In this document: piece after piece, positions 12,307 to 26,646 of the stretch
Position numbering within the stretch: the stretch's first letter is position 1
How the letters are laid out: each line of letters starts with the position of its first letter
Translations under genes and position numbers: made by a program
Notes under the pieces: model-generated
What the model was told of the DNA's origin: nothing
What the model saw: the letters and a program-made list of their open reading frames with translations, nothing else
Databases searched by the model: none
Assembly: GCF_001194135.2 (NCBI RefSeq)
Contig: NC_068985.1
Location: 5,325,785-5,371,660 of the forward strand
Direction of reading: 5' to 3'
DNA length: 45,876 bases
Origin: Octopus bimaculoides
Lineage: Eukaryota

Positions 12307-12354
<48 letters not shown>

Positions 12355-12661
12355 TGTGTGTGTGTGTGTGTGTGTGTTTAATATTTTCAGGCTTAACAGA
12401 GTGACTCGAGCGCTTAGATTTTCGTACCTCAGCACTTATCAGACCTATCCACTCTCGGTCCTTGTGAAGCTCTGTTTCTCCTGCCAATTATTCATACATA
12501 CATGCATACGTACGTAGTTACATGCATACATACAAACACACACACATTCATACATACATGCATACATACATACATACACACATACATACATTGCTGCTTT
12601 TTTTAAAGCTTGGAAAAGCTGCTAAAACTGTCCCATGTTAATATATTTAACATGTAATGCT

Positions 12662-12815
12662 GCAAGATGGCAGAAAGTTTAACACGCCGGGCGAAATGAT
12701 TAGCGGTATTTCGTCTGTCTTTACGTTCTGAGTTCAAATTCCGCCGAGGTCGACTTTGCCTTTCATCCTTTCAGGATCGATAATTTACGTACCAGTTACG
12801 CACTGGGGTCGATGT
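12662..12815 (+). mobile_element. SINE family B, 3'-truncated
   Basis: acacgccgggcgaaatgattagcggtatttcgtct...ttccgccgaggtcgactttgcctttcatcc. Confidence 0.85.
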
Positions 12816-13826
12816 AACATTTGTATAATAAAGCAGAGGAAGTTTGAAGGCACTTGTATACTGAAATCAAACGTGTGTGCACCACACAAATAAAAGTTAT
12901 CCATGAGCAAAGACAATAAATATTATATANNNNNNNNNNNNNNNNNNNNNNNNNNNNNNNNNNNNNNNNNNNNNNNNNNNNNNNNNNNNNNNNNNNNNNN
13001 NNNNNNNNNNNNNNNNNNNNNNNNNNNNNNNNNNNNNNNNNNNNNNNNNNNNNNNNNNNNNNNNNNNNNNNNNNNNNNNNNNNNNNNNNNNNNNNNNNNN
13101 NNNNNNNNNNNNNNNNNNNNNNNNNNNNNNNNNNNNNNNNNNNNNNNNNNNNNNNNNNNNNNNNNNNNNNNNNNNNNNNNNNNNNNNNNNNNNNNNNNNN
13201 NNNNNNNNNNNNNNNNNNNNNNNNNNNNNNNNNNNNNNNNNNNNNNNNNNNNNNNNNNNNNNNNNNNNNNNNNNNNNNNNNNNNNNNNNNNNNNNNNNNN
13301 NNNNNNNNNNNNNNNNNNNNNNNTATTTTGAATATGATATGCATACACACACACACACACACACACTTTCACATATCTCCTTTTACATACCTACACGTAT
13401 ATTCACACAAAGTTGAAACGCTGTTTGATTTATTTTTTCAGCGTACAATTTTAGCATCCCACTACCAAGTATGAAATCACCCCTTCCTTCCTTATTCATA
13501 AACACAAGAGTAGTGGCTAGTACATGGCTAGTACTTGCTTTCAGCTGAGCTGACTGGAGCAACCTAAAGGGCAGTCCCTTGCTGAAGGATATGATGCAAC
13601 ACCTAGACTGAGAATTGAACACGTGACCTACTGATAAGATTCGTGACCAGATTTTTCGTCCGATGTCACTTTGTCTAACGTCAATTCGTCCACCTCTTTT
13701 TGTCCAACGACTTTTCGTCCAAACATTTGTATGATGAAGCGGAGGAAGTTTGAAGTAAAGCCACTTGTATACTGAAATGAAACGTGTATTCACCACACAA
13801 ATACAAGTTATCCATGGGCACAAACA
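12816..13826. repeat. ~100-bp diverged direct repeat, 906-bp spacing
   Basis: aacatttgtat..aagc.gaggaagtttgaag..cacttgtatactgaaat.aaacgtgt..caccacacaaata.aagttatccatg begins at 12816 and at 13722. Confidence 0.85.
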
Positions 13827-14506
13827 TGCATATATATATATGTATATGACACAAACTCAGAAAGAAGAAGCAAAAAAGAAAACGTTGCCAATTGGTTAGT
13901 GGCCAGTTTGAATTCTCCGAAGGAAAACAAATGACAACTAATTCCTACAGAAAACTTACATATGATCACATACATATTCGAAAACTAAAAGTTCTCTATA
14001 CGATTTAAACTTACATTCACATTATAATAATGTGAATAAATTTCATTAACAAATATCCATTTTTCTAGAAGTTATGAAGAAACAAAATGAGGGGGCGCAG
14101 TTGTGTAGGTATGCTCATTTCTTTAACGTGAGTAATACTGACAGTACACTGCATGTTATATATAAGCAAACAATGCACTTCTTTCATTTGGTTTGCATCA
14201 AAAGGGTGACAATAATGTCAATGAGATGGGCTCAGTTATTCACTACACATAAACGTAGAGAGGATAACGGTATTTACGATGATATTACGTTTAGTAGCGA
14301 TTACCAACTGCATTAAAAATTCAAAGTGTATGGAAGTGCGCATGTATATATATGCACATACATATATGTACCCATACATATACATGTACAGATTGATAGA
14401 TAGATAGGTAAGTAGAAGTGGGAACACGCTATTTTCAGGATATCATGATTTACACTAATTTGATATCACAAGTATACTTATGGCATACATGTGGGAAAAA
14501 CATGTG

Positions 14507-14563
<57 letters not shown>

Positions 14564-14785
14564 CATATATATATTTATTGTCAGGTAGTATTAATACATT
14601 TTTATTTCTTTATAAATTCCTGTTCTTTCAATATAATTTCATTTCATCTTATGACACTACTCCCACATGTATGCCATATGTATTTTATGTCTAAATACCA
14701 TAGGAATATTCGCTACAATAATATCAAATGAATATAAAACATGGCATCCTAAAGATAGCGTGTTCGCACTTGTATATCTATTTAC

Positions 14786-14857
<72 letters not shown>

Positions 14858-14862
14858 GTGCC

Positions 14863-14894
<32 letters not shown>

Positions 14895-15603
14895 NNNNNN
14901 NNNNNNNNNNNNNNNNNNNNNNNNNNNNNNNNNNNNNNNNNNNNNNNNNNNNNNNNNNNNNNNNNNNNNNNNNNNNNNNNNNNNNNNNNNNNNNNNNNNN
15001 NNNNNNNNNNNNNNNNNNNNNNNNNNNNNNNNNNNNNNNNNNNNNNNNNNNNNNNNNNNNNNNNNNNNNNNNNNNNNNNNNNNNNNNNNNNNNNNNNNNN
15101 NNNNNNNNNNNNNNNNNNNNNNNNNNNNNNNNNNNNNNNNNNNNNNNNNNNNNNNNNNNNNNNNNNNNNNNNNNNNNNNNNNNNNNNNNNNNNNNNNNNN
15201 NNNNNNNNNNNNNNNNNNNNNNNNNNNNNNNNNNNNNNNNNNNNNNNNNNNNNNNNNNNNNNNNNNNNNNNNNNNNNNNNNNNNNNNNNNNNNNNNNNNN
15301 NNNNNNNNNNNNNNNNNNNNNNNNNNNNNNNNNNNNNNNNNNNNNNNNNNNNNNNNNNNNNNNNNNNNNNNNNNNNNNNNNNNNNNNNNNNNNNNNNNNN
15401 NNNNNNNNNNNNNNNNNNNNNNNNNNNNNNNNNNNNNNNNNNNNNNNNNNNNNNNNNNNNNNNNNNNNNNNNNNNNNNNNNNNNNNNNNNNNNNNNNNNN
15501 NNNNNNNNNNNNNNNNNNNNNNNNNNNNNNNNNNNNNNNNNNNNNNNNNNNNNNNNNNNNNNNNNNNNNNNNNNNNNNNNNNNNNNNNNNNNNNNNNNNN
15601 NNN

Positions 15604-15634
<31 letters not shown>

Positions 15635-16733
15635 GGCGCAACAGTGTTGGAAAACACTGTTAAACGCACTATATACTGTACACCGGAAACACGAACGAGC
15701 TTGTAACAGTTGAATGTATATCATATCTAACACACAGGAAAAATCTTCTTCAGCAGGAGAAAAAATACAGGAAATTTAACCAGCGCTTGTTTCCGTAGAC
15801 CTGTAGAACTGACTACGAGTAAAATATTGAAATCGTGAATCTTCTACGAATGATCAAGACATCTTTTATACATGCGATTTTTTCCATCTAACTTTACGAC
15901 CAGACGAAATAATCCAGATTTATTTTCGGTAATAATTATGTAAGAGATTATGGTCTTGTATTTATATTCGTGGCCGTGTATTTTACAATTGTTAAATAAG
16001 AAAAGAGTGTGTGTGTATGTGTGGTCTGGAAGATATATGAACAGTGATTCTGATCAAATCTGGCGAAGAGTATAGAACTAAATAAATAAATATACTTGGG
16101 TGATGCAACATTAAGCATTGTAAATTTCGCAGATTTCAATGGCATAATACTGTTCAAAGAATGTCAGTCATGCTTGAGTGATGGCTCTGAATCGTGGTAT
16201 ATATTTCCTTTTATACCTCTTCTTCACAATTGATGCCGAATATGAGAACTAACAAAGAATATAAAACTGGAAATAGCTTTACCAATGCCGTTGGTGGATT
16301 GTCGGGTCTTTCTGCCGAGATCATGTCAATTCGGTTATCGAGTTATGAATCGATTGTTGTATTTGTATTTCATGGGAGCAACCACCTAACACAAAACAAA
16401 TTTTCTCTTCCTTTTATAAGAGCAGGACAAATAAGGGTCTCTATCGGTGTTTCCCTTGCAACCCATTATAAATCAGTAACGCATCAGGTACTTACTTGAT
16501 CTCTCACAACTGCACGCATACTCTCAAAAGTATTCATGAATAGAAACGAAACGCACATGTATATACATACACACACGCACACGGACACAGACACATACAC
16601 ACATGCGCACATATATTATATATAAATATATAAATATATATACACATACACACGTATAGACAGATAGAGAGAAAGAAATATAGACAGGTAGACAGATAGG
16701 TACATAGGCAGATTCATAGATAGATAGATACAT

Positions 16734-16799
<66 letters not shown>

Positions 16800-16921
16800 C
16801 AGAGAGAAAAGGAAAGAGAGAGAGAAAAGGAAAGAGAGAGAGAGAAAAGGAAAGAGAGAGAGAAAAGGAAAGAGAGAGAGAGAAAAGGAAAGAGAGAGAG
16901 AAAAGGAAAGAGAGAGAGAGA
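16800..16921. repeat. Minisatellite AGAGAAAAGGAA(AG)n, 5 units, after a (GA)n tract
   Basis: Seen directly. Confidence 0.9.
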
Positions 16922-18099
16922 TACATGTATTGCAAAACGTTCGGATTTGACGCTGATTTTGGAGCATTTGCCATGATTTCATTAATTGATTTCAGTCCCT
17001 CTACGTGGTTGAGAGCGAACATAAACTCGTTCCATTCCCCGCTCCCCTGATCTNNNNNNNNNNNNNNNNNNNNNNNNNNNNNNNNNNNNNNNNNNNNNNN
17101 NNNNNNNNNNNNNNNNNNNNNNNNNNNNNNNNNNNNNNNNNNNNNNNNNNNNNNNNNNNNNNNNNNNNNNNNNNNNNNNNNNNNNNNNNNNNNNNNNNNN
17201 NNNNNNNNNNNNNNNNNNNNNNNNNNNNNNNNNNNNNNNNNNNNNNNNNNNNNNNNNNNNNNNNNNNNNNNNNNNNNNNNNNNNNNNNNNNNNNNNNNNN
17301 NNNNNNNNNNNNNNNNNNNNNNNNNNNNNNNNNNNNNNNNNNNNNNNNNNNNNNNNNNNNNNNNNNNNNNNNNNNNNNNNNNNNNNNNNNNNNNNNNNNN
17401 NNNNNNNNNNNNNNNNNNNNNNNNNNNNNNNNNNNNNNNNNNNNNNNNNNNNNNNNNNNNNNNNNNNNNNNNNNNNNNNNNNNNNNNNNNNNNNNNNNNN
17501 NNNNNNNNNNNNNNNNNNNNNNNNNNNNNNNNNNNNNNNNNNNNNNNNNNNNNNNNNNNNNNNNNNNNNNNNNNNNNNNNNNNNNNNNNNNNNNNNNNNN
17601 NNNNNNNNNNNNNNNNNNNNNNNNNNNNNNNNNNNNNNNNNNNNNNNNNNNNNNNNNNNNNNNNNNNNNNNNNNNNNNNNNNNNNNNNNNNNNNNNNNNN
17701 NNNNNNNNNNNNNNNNNNNNNNNNNNNNNNNNNNNNNNNNNNNNNNNNNNNNNNNNNNNNNNNNNNNNNNNNNNNNNNNNNNNNNATATATATAAACAAT
17801 TTATGAGTACATGCATATATATATACATGTATGTACATACCTTCATCTACATATGTATATAGATACATATCTGGGTACATGGCGTTGCAAAAGAACATGG
17901 ACAAAATGATAAACAAGGTACAACAAACAGGCAGGCCACATAGAAAACATATCCTTCATCAGCTGCTACCATTAAAACACCGGCGTTTCGAAGAGGTAGG
18001 GCAGTACCCTTCCCTCAAAATTGCTGCCAAAACCTGCTATCAATATACTTTGTAGGATACGATAGTTGCATTACCTAATACGGTCTCCCCGATAGGAAT

Positions 18100-18520
18100 T
18101 TACACATGCATATGTGTGAGTGTATGTGTGTGTGTATGTATGTATGTGTATATGTATGTGCGTGTGTGTGTGTGTGTGAGTATGTATGTGTGTGTTTGTG
18201 TGTGTATGTATGCGTGTATGTATATGTGTGCATGTGTGTGTATGTGAGTGCGTGTATATGTGTGTTTGTATGTATGTATGTGCATGTGTGTGAGTATGTA
18301 TGTATGTATGTATGTATGTATGAGTCTTTGTGTATGTATGTGTGTGAGTGTATGTGCGTATGTATGTATGTGTATGTATGTGAGTCTGTATGTATGTATA
18401 TGCGTGTGTGTTTGTGTGTATGTATGTGTGTGTTTGTGTGTGTGTGTATATATATGTGTATGTATATGTGTATGTATGTGTGTGCATGTATGTGTGTATG
18501 TATATGTATGTGTGTGATAA
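18100..18520. repeat. Long degenerate (TG)n/(TATG)n tract
   Basis: Seen directly; source of the HT/CV-rich pseudo-ORFs. Confidence 0.95.
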
Positions 18521-19313
18521 TGTTATAGTGGACGTATGCATAGTCGTCGGGTGTGTGTGTCCTACAGCCGGGCGGCATAAATCTGCTACCCACCATGAAC
18601 GCCGTACAATATTAATATAGTCAAATTTAACAGTGTAATATGAAATTTTAAATTAAATATATTTACAAGCTAAATTAAATTTAGATCTAAGTGATATTTA
18701 CCATAACCTTCTCTGTTTTTTCCTCTCTGAGGAAACACAAATAATCACACACACGCGCGCACACACACAAACACACACACACACACACACACGCACACAC
18801 CTGTGAGCGCGTATGTATAGTGTTTGCTTAGAAAGGGAGGCGAAGCGAAAATATTATTAAATATTGCAGAGATCCAGATACAATTTAGCTTGTAACTCGT
18901 TTTTAAATTTAAATTTTTTTTATTGCTCCATTAAATTTGAAAATTTTGCTTCATATTAAAACATGTAATCTTGTATTAAGACATGTACAAATGCTCCCAC
19001 ACATTCTTTCACAAACATATAAGCGCATATACTCATATGCATTCATCTACGCACATATTCCGCCACACACTTATGTTTATATATCACAATCGACTCCTGG
19101 AGCTGACACCAGATCATGAAATTGAAAAAAGTCAACGGCTTATAATTGAAGTGGGGTATATATATAGCATATGCGTACCCTCTTTCAAGCTAGCTCTCAT
19201 AAAAATGAAAGCCATTTCAAAATCAGATAATTTTCTTTTTTTTTTGCTTCCATTTATATAATTCAGGCATGCATGATTGCATTCATGTAGGAAACGATAC
19301 TGCTAAAGTTAAA

Positions 19314-19350
<37 letters not shown>

Positions 19351-19506
19351 TCACACACATATATATAAGCATATATATATACGCACATGTATGTAAATAA
19401 ATATATATATGTATTCATATAATACATATGAATGCATACACACATACACACACATAAACACACACATACACACTCACACATATATATAATATTATATATT
19501 ATATTC

Positions 19507-19563
<57 letters not shown>

Positions 19564-20024
19564 NNNNNNNNNNNNNNNNNNNNNNNNNNNNNNNNNNNNN
19601 NNNNNNNNNNNNNNNNNNNNNNNNNNNNNNNNNNNNNNNNNNNNNNNNNNNNNNNNNNNNNNNNNNNNNNNNNNNNNNNNNNNNNNNNNNNNNNNNNNNN
19701 NNNNNNNNNNNNNNNNNNNNNNNNNNNNNNNNNNNNNNNNNNNNNNNNNNNNNNNNNNNNNNNNNNNNNNNNNNNNNNNNNNNNNNNNNNNNNNNNNNNN
19801 NNNNNNNNNNNNNNNNNNNNNNNNNNNNNNNNNNNNNNNNNNNNNNNNNNNNNNNNNNNNNNNNNNNNNNNNNNNNNNNNNNNNNNNNNNNNNNNNNNNN
19901 NNNNNNNNNNNNNNNNNNNNNNNNNNNNNNNNNNNNNNNNNNNNNNNNNNNNNNNNNNNNNNNNNNNNNNNNNNNNNNNNNNNNNNNNNNNNNNNNNNNN
20001 NNNNNNNNNNNNNNNNNNNNNNNN

Positions 20025-20059
<35 letters not shown>

Positions 20060-20064
20060 CATAC

Positions 20065-20097
<33 letters not shown>

Positions 20098-20114
20098 TAT
20101 ATATACATATATAT

Positions 20115-20636
20115 ACATAGGGAAAGTAAGAAGAAAAGGTTTAGCTGCTAATATATATATATATATTAGAAAATGCACATTGGATATCAAAGAAATAAAG
20201 GCTTTTTAATGAAAAGTAAGCATAAGTATATAAAATTCGATGAACTGAGGTAGAATTAAAAGGAATAAAAGTCATTATTATGAATTGTTAAAGGGATTCA
20301 AAGTCATACCGGTCTCGTCAATTACTGTTTACTGGATTTGAATGCGCACTGATTACAATACGGTGTTGGGTCTACTATTCCCTGCGTAAAAAAGGGGATT
20401 TGTAGACCCAGCACTGTTTGATAATCGGTGCGCATTCAAAGCCAGTGAACAATAATCGACAAAGCCGGTATGACTTTGAATCCCTTTAACAGCTTATAAT
20501 AATGACTTTTATTCCTCTTAATTCTACCTTAGTTCATCTAATTCTATATACTTATGGTTACTTTTCATAAAAATGCCATTATTTTTTTGATATCCAATGT
20601 GCATTTTCGCTTTTTTTCTTCTTACTTTCCCTATGT
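20115..20636. repeat. ~520-bp palindromic (foldback) element, MITE-like
   Basis: Arms 20115-20375 and 20402-20636 are reverse complements, about 89% identical over the ~205 bp aligned; 26-nt central spacer. Confidence 0.92.
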
Positions 20637-21319
20637 CTCTTCCACGTGTAGTTTATATTTTCTTTTTGAAACATATTTCTATTATATATATATATATATT
20701 AGCAGCTAAACCTAGAATTATACCAACCAAAGTGTCTTCCCGTTTTTATAGCAGTATAGTGTGATTTGGGAAAGATTTAGCATCCATTTCTACCCAAACG
20801 AGTGACTGCATAGGGGTGTCTAGTTGGATCGCTACACAACAGATTTACGCAGTATATGATTATGGTTGTGTTATGTTTCTGTTAAAGGGAATTTGCAGCG
20901 AAGGGGTCACAAATGGGTTTTGGGATCATCTATAACAACTCTCCGTCTTCATTTTCATTATTAATATCTATTCATCATAAACAATTCATATAAAAGGACA
21001 TTAACGTGTAATCGTTATCTCTATTTTATCCGCTTTATTGAGAGATGGAATGGGAATCCTCTGCAACCAAACGTAAATCCACGTGTCAAAGTTGATTCCA
21101 CGAGGGATTAAGTCTTACTTCATAATAAAGAATAATTGTTTCAATAGTTTCAAAGATTTTATTATTGAGGCCAAACTAATTGATCTTAATAAATTGTAGC
21201 TGTGTATTTCAACGAACACATTCATTATGTGTCCACGATTGGATTTCACGGCAAAGAGGTTAAAAAGATGCAGTTAAGAAATTCGCAGCCAAGAGGTTTC
21301 AGGTTCAATTACGAGGGAG

Positions 21320-21932
21320 ATATTTTTTCTGCAATCCTATGTGTATAAGCAATGGCAAAGCAAGGGACCCATTCCAGCACCTGTCGCCAAACATGGCCGT
21401 TTCGAAGACAGGGGGACGCTCCGCGTCTAGTGGAATTATGAGGGTAACCTTCATTGTGTGTTCAGTCGGGATGGTCGAATCATTGATACCAATCTTTACT
21501 CCGAAGAGCTGTAATAATCCGGTATTGTTTCACAGAAAGTCAGCTCTTTTGCAGCAAGACAGTGCTAGACCTCATACCGTTCGAACAAGCCAGAATAAAC
21601 CTCAGGAACTGAAGGGAAATGAACTGATGCCACACTCCGCATAGAGTTCGAACCTAGCTCCCTCGGATTATTACTTGTTCCAATTCACGGCTCACTTCCT
21701 GCACTCACGATGTTTCATCAACCAAGCGGAGGTGGAAGCTTCGGTGAAGGAGTTCTTTGCCTCAAAGGACAAGAACTGGTTTCATCACCGAATCAAAGAA
21801 CTGACAGAAGTGACTTCAGACAGTTGCAACACGATGGCCTCTACTTTGAATGCTCGACTGCTTTTGTTGTCACGTGACAAATAATGCAAATAAGTTAGCG
21901 AAGTAATGTAAACTTTTTGATACAACACAATA
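21320..21932 (+). mobile_element. Mariner transposon 3' fragment (defective transposase plus 3' TIR)
   Basis: KQWQSKG...LRV*WNYEG...QQDSARPH...H SA*SSNLAPSDYYLF...EVEASVKEFFASKDKNWF matches the mariner HDNARPH and YSPDLAPSDY motifs (35 residues between the Ds by my count). Ends aaactttttgatacaacacaaTA. Confidence 0.9.
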
Positions 21933-23065
21933 TTAGAGTGATATCATTTTACTAAAATCACGATATCAAAAGCATAATACATAAGTTATTTGTAATCCAT
22001 CGTTAATAAACATCCACAACTCGATTGGACGAATCTTATTCTCTCATTGCTTTCTGTCAATGTACTGAAGCCTTATTGTGGCAACAAAACTGATACAGAC
22101 ACAGAGATACACAATTATGCTTATTGAGATGTCCATTTGTAACATTTGAGTTTGTGTGTATTGATATACATACATACATTTCATGAAAATAGGGCCATAA
22201 CACCGAAATATTGAATACAAGGTAAGTCTACATTAATTCACATATTTGTTTTCTTGTGATTTGCCTTGCTAAAAACAACATCAACAAAAAAAAAAAAAAA
22301 AATGCGTACCGCCCGTTCTGTGAATCGAAACTACGATCTTACGATCATGGGTGCAGCAAGCTAACAACAATGCCACACGCCTTTAAGCACATTTTATTTA
22401 CGATGGTCTTCCGTTTAGTGTCCGTCTATCAAATTCAACAACTTATTCGTCAACTCCAGATTCCAATGAAGTTTATTATTGCCCTGCGGTATTAAACTTG
22501 GAGCCATACAATTGCGAAGCAAATCTATCAACCGAACGGTTATGCTTGTGTCTCTATCATTGAATTTAAATTACTTTTCTCACTCGCTTACTAGTTTTGA
22601 ATGAGAATACACAGTCAACGTAGTTTGGTTTAGCAATAGGTTAATAATTCAATCCTGTAAAGTTACTATTGTATATAAATAGCATTTATTACTGTAGAGT
22701 TGCAACTGGATCGATAAATATCAGGATTAACAATGACTGTTACTTATAATATTCTAGTTTAGAAACCCAGCAATCAGTCCAATATATTCGACAGCATTTC
22801 AGGAAATAAAAATGGAAAATCGATAACGTACGGATTCTCTGTAGAAATATTCAAATTAGCTCCTGTATCCTTTATTTGATAGAATGTCAGTTTTTCACCA
22901 ATGTCTCTTATACAAACAGCTTTCTTCGTTTCTAAATGTCTGCTGAGTATTTACTGAAAGTCTGAGAGGGCGATACGTTACTCAAATAGTTCACCTTAAT
23001 CGTTTATTATGCTTCTTTACAAAAATAATTAAAAGGAAAGCGGCGAATTATCCGAGGGTTTAGAG

Positions 23066-23339
23066 CAGGGGTTCCCAATAATTTTCTGCCGATGGACCCC
23101 TTTGATTACTATTTTACTGGTTGGTCTCTAAAAACCATTCGATGTGTAAAAAACACTGTTATATATTTATAATCAAATGTTATTAGGAGTTGTATAAAAA
23201 TAAATGCTGTTAGTATTTTGTGTATTGTACGAGTAGAACCAGTTTATTGGACATAGATTTTAAGAAGAAAGTCTTTCGTAGACTCTCAAGGCTCACACGA
23301 ACGAAAAAGGACCAAACCAACCTCTGTTGAGAACCACTT
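23066..23339. mobile_element. hAT (Charlie/Buster-type) MITE
   Basis: TIR-like caggggttccca ... ttgagaaccactt; 8-bp TSD gtttagag at 23058-23065 and 23340-23347. Confidence 0.85.
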
Positions 23340-23347
23340 GTTTAGAG

Positions 23348-24140
23348 CTGAAAGGCAAAGTCGACCTCGGCGGAATTTGAACTCAGAACGTAGCGGCAGA
23401 CAAAATACTGCTAAGCATTTCGTCCAGCGTGCTAACGTTTCTACCAGCTTGCCACCCACAGCAGCTAATAATATACTAACGATCATAGAAGGCAGTGATC
23501 TGGCAGGATCTTTAGTAGCCGGATAAAATGTTCAGCAGTATTTCGTTCGTCTGAACATTCTGAGTTGGAATTCCGCTGAGGTCGATAAGATAAATACCAG
23601 TTGAGATCTGAGGTCGATGTAACCATCTAACCCCTCACCTGAAATTGCTGGCTTTGTGCCATAGTTTGAAACCGATATCTTAACATAGAAGACAGCAAGC
23701 ATGCAGAATTGTTAGTACGCCAAGGCAGCGAGCTGGCAGAAACGTTAGCACGTCGGGCGAAATGCTTAGCGGTATTTCGTCTATCTTTACGTTCTGAGTT
23801 CAAATTCCGCCGAGGTCGACTTTGCCTATCATCTTTTCAGGGGGGGGGGGAGACGATGAATTAAGTACCAGTTGTGTACTTGTGTCGATCTAATCGACTG
23901 CCCCACCCCCCAAAAAAAATTTCGGGCCTTGTGCCTAGAGTAGAAAAGAATTAATCGTTAGTACACGCCGGGTAAAAGCTTAGCGGCCATTTTGTCTGTC
24001 TTTACGTTTTGCTGACGACAACTTCGCCTTTCATCTTCCGGAGTCGATGAAAGAAGTACGAGTTGAAAGGGGTGGAGCGGTGATGTAATCGACTCTCATC
24101 TACGAAATTGCTAGCCTTGTGCCAAAAATTTGAAATCAAT
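23348..24140. mobile_element. Cluster of four SINE family B copies (23348-23455 minus; about 23490, 23726 and 23965 plus)
   Basis: Repeated gttagcacgccgggcgaaatgcttagcggtatttcgtc...ttccgccgaggtcgactttgcc motif. Confidence 0.85.
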
Positions 24141-24584
24141 AAAAGCAACGGACGTCTATTTTTCTAACGTGATTTGCCTATTTATAATAAAGATGACGTA
24201 GAATATTATGTAATAAAAGTAATATTCTTCATTGAATGAGAATACCTAACGACCCTGCAACCGACACTGATTGATGTAACTGCCGTCCATGATGAATATT
24301 TGCATGTCAATGTTGGTCGGAAATACGTAGAGACTGGAGTCAAGCGGATGCCTTATCTCAGCATGACTATAACAGGAATGAACTCTGCTAAAACAGCCGC
24401 ACACACCACTCACATGTACACACACACACACACACACATACTCTTACACACGGAACATATATATACTATTATACGTATATGACGCCGTCTGGTTTAATAC
24501 CAGCTCACATCTGCGTGTATCGATAACGCTAGTAAAGCTTAAACGGAAACAGAGACAAAAGAGAGTGAAACAATACAGCAACAA

Positions 24585-24780
<196 letters not shown>

Positions 24781-25224
24781 TGTGTGGGAAAGAGTAAGAG
24801 GCCTAAAACAGCGAATGTATTGATGTTAAGAGAACAGACACGGCAGGAAGAGCACCAGTAAACATGACTCGCCGGCCTTTGTTACCAATCGTTGTACACT
24901 TTGAAATTGTTTTGTTGGTGTCAAGTTATGAGGAAGGCGGCAACGGCATTGTGCACAAAACAGCACATATTCAAACACACAATCACATCTAGCAATACAC
25001 ACACGTACACACACACACACACACACACACACGTACACACATCTACACCTACTTATACGCCTATATACACAAGGAAGTATATAATCTCTCTCAGTTCCCT
25101 TCCCTGTCTACCTTTGAGCTGGTGAATAAAGCTGTATGCATACGTCAGTGTTTAGCATTTCAATGTCGGCATTTACGCAAGAACCTGTCTGCTAAATTAG
25201 GGACTTCTGCATTTCACTACCCCA

Positions 25225-25302
<78 letters not shown>

Positions 25303-25453
25303 ATTCTCTCTCTCTTTCTCTCTCTCTCTCATTCTCTCTCTCTCTCTCATTCTATCTCTCTCTCTCATTCTCTCTCTCTCTCATTCTTTCTCTCTCTCAT
25401 TCTCTCTCTCTCTCATTCTCTCTCTCCCTTGCTTTTGTTACGGTTCTTATAAC

Positions 25454-25691
25454 AAATTGCACTTGTTTCACTCATCTGGCAATTATGGCCATGCTGGGGC
25501 ACCGCCTTGAAAAATTTTCACTCGAACAAATCGATCCCAATGCTTATATTTGCTAGAGTCTGGTACTTATTCTATCGGTTCTCTATTGCGGGGGGAACAC
25601 ACCAACACCGGTTGTCAAGCGGTAGTGGGAGAAACACACACACACATACACACGTACACACGCACACACACGTGTAATGTATGTATATATG

Positions 25692-25726
<35 letters not shown>

Positions 25727-25845
25727 ATGTATATACACGACGGGCTTCTTTCAGTTTCCATCTATCAAATCCACTCAATGCTTTGGACGGCCTGTAGCTA
25801 TAGTAGAAGACACGCAGTGAAACTGAACCCAGACCCACGCCTCAG
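25454..25845 (-). mobile_element. SINE family A
   Basis: Reverse complement has the family body (tatagctacagg..., ggatttgatagatggaaactgaaagaagcccgtcg) and tail (gtgccccagcatggcc). Confidence 0.8.
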
Positions 25846-25860
25846 CATATCCATTGTAAT

Positions 25861-26646
25861 GTTTTTTTTGTTTTTTTTTCTTCTTCTTAATCCTTTTTAC
25901 CCTTTGTGGAGCATAGGGCCTCAACAGTTATTTTCCACTTTTTGCGGTCATTGGCGTGTTTCTTGGCTGCTTCCCATGTCAGGCCGGTGGTCCTGAGCTC
26001 GTCCAAAATCCTCCGCTCCCACGTCTGCTTCGGGCGTCCTCGCTTCCTTTTCCTCTGCGGGTTCCAGTTAAGGGCTTGTCGTGTCACATTTGAGGGTTCT
26101 TTCCGCAGTGTGTGTCCGATCCATCTCCATTTCCTTCGTCTAATGTGAACATGTATGGGTTCCTGGTTGGCCCTTTCCTACAGGTTGGTGTTTGGCACTC
26201 TGTCGAACCACTTCAGATGGAGGATCTGCCGGAGACATTTGGTGATGAAGGTCTGGATCTTCTTGTAGTTGCTGCAGGTAGCTCTCCATGTTTCAGAGCC
26301 ATACAAAAGCACAGATTTTACGTTTAAACTAAATAAGCGGAGTTCAGTTCGAGTCGAGATGGCAGTGGACTTTCATACCGGCCGAAGAATAGCGAAGGCT
26401 TGCCAAGCCTTCTTTCTTCTTGCAGTGACGTCCTCGTCTGATCCACCTGATTTGCTGATCTTGCTGCCAAGATAGACAAACTCACTAACGTCCTCCACAG
26501 GTGACCCCCTCCATTGTGATTGGCTCTTCCTGCTTGTTGTTGATATGCAGCACTTTTGTCTTTTCCTGGCTGATTCTCAAGCCCACTCGCTGTGAAGTTT
26601 CTCTCAATATGTCTTGCAGGCGATGTGACAGTAGCGTGAGATCATC
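25861..26646 (-). mobile_element. 5'-truncated RTE-clade LINE, ORF2 3' part with A-rich tail
   Basis: One frame with two stops: DDLTLLSH...ISQEKTKVL...FVYLGSKI...LLYGSETW...RRKWRWIGHTLRK...RQALNWNPQRKRKRGRPKQTW...WKITVEALCSTKGKKD*. These are classic RTE motifs; truncation falls at the RT DD. Confidence 0.95.

Noticed and set aside
16800-16921. Repeat array as CRISPR-like
   Set aside because: No unique spacers; it is a GA-rich minisatellite in eukaryotic DNA.
17975-18020. Stem-GAAAC-palindrome motif on the minus strand as a hammerhead
   Set aside because: The CUGANGA half is essentially absent and stem I does not form.
20115-20636. Selection for an RNA hairpin in the large foldback
   Set aside because: G:U-compatible and A:C mismatches are about equal (about 9 versus 7), consistent with neutral DNA decay.
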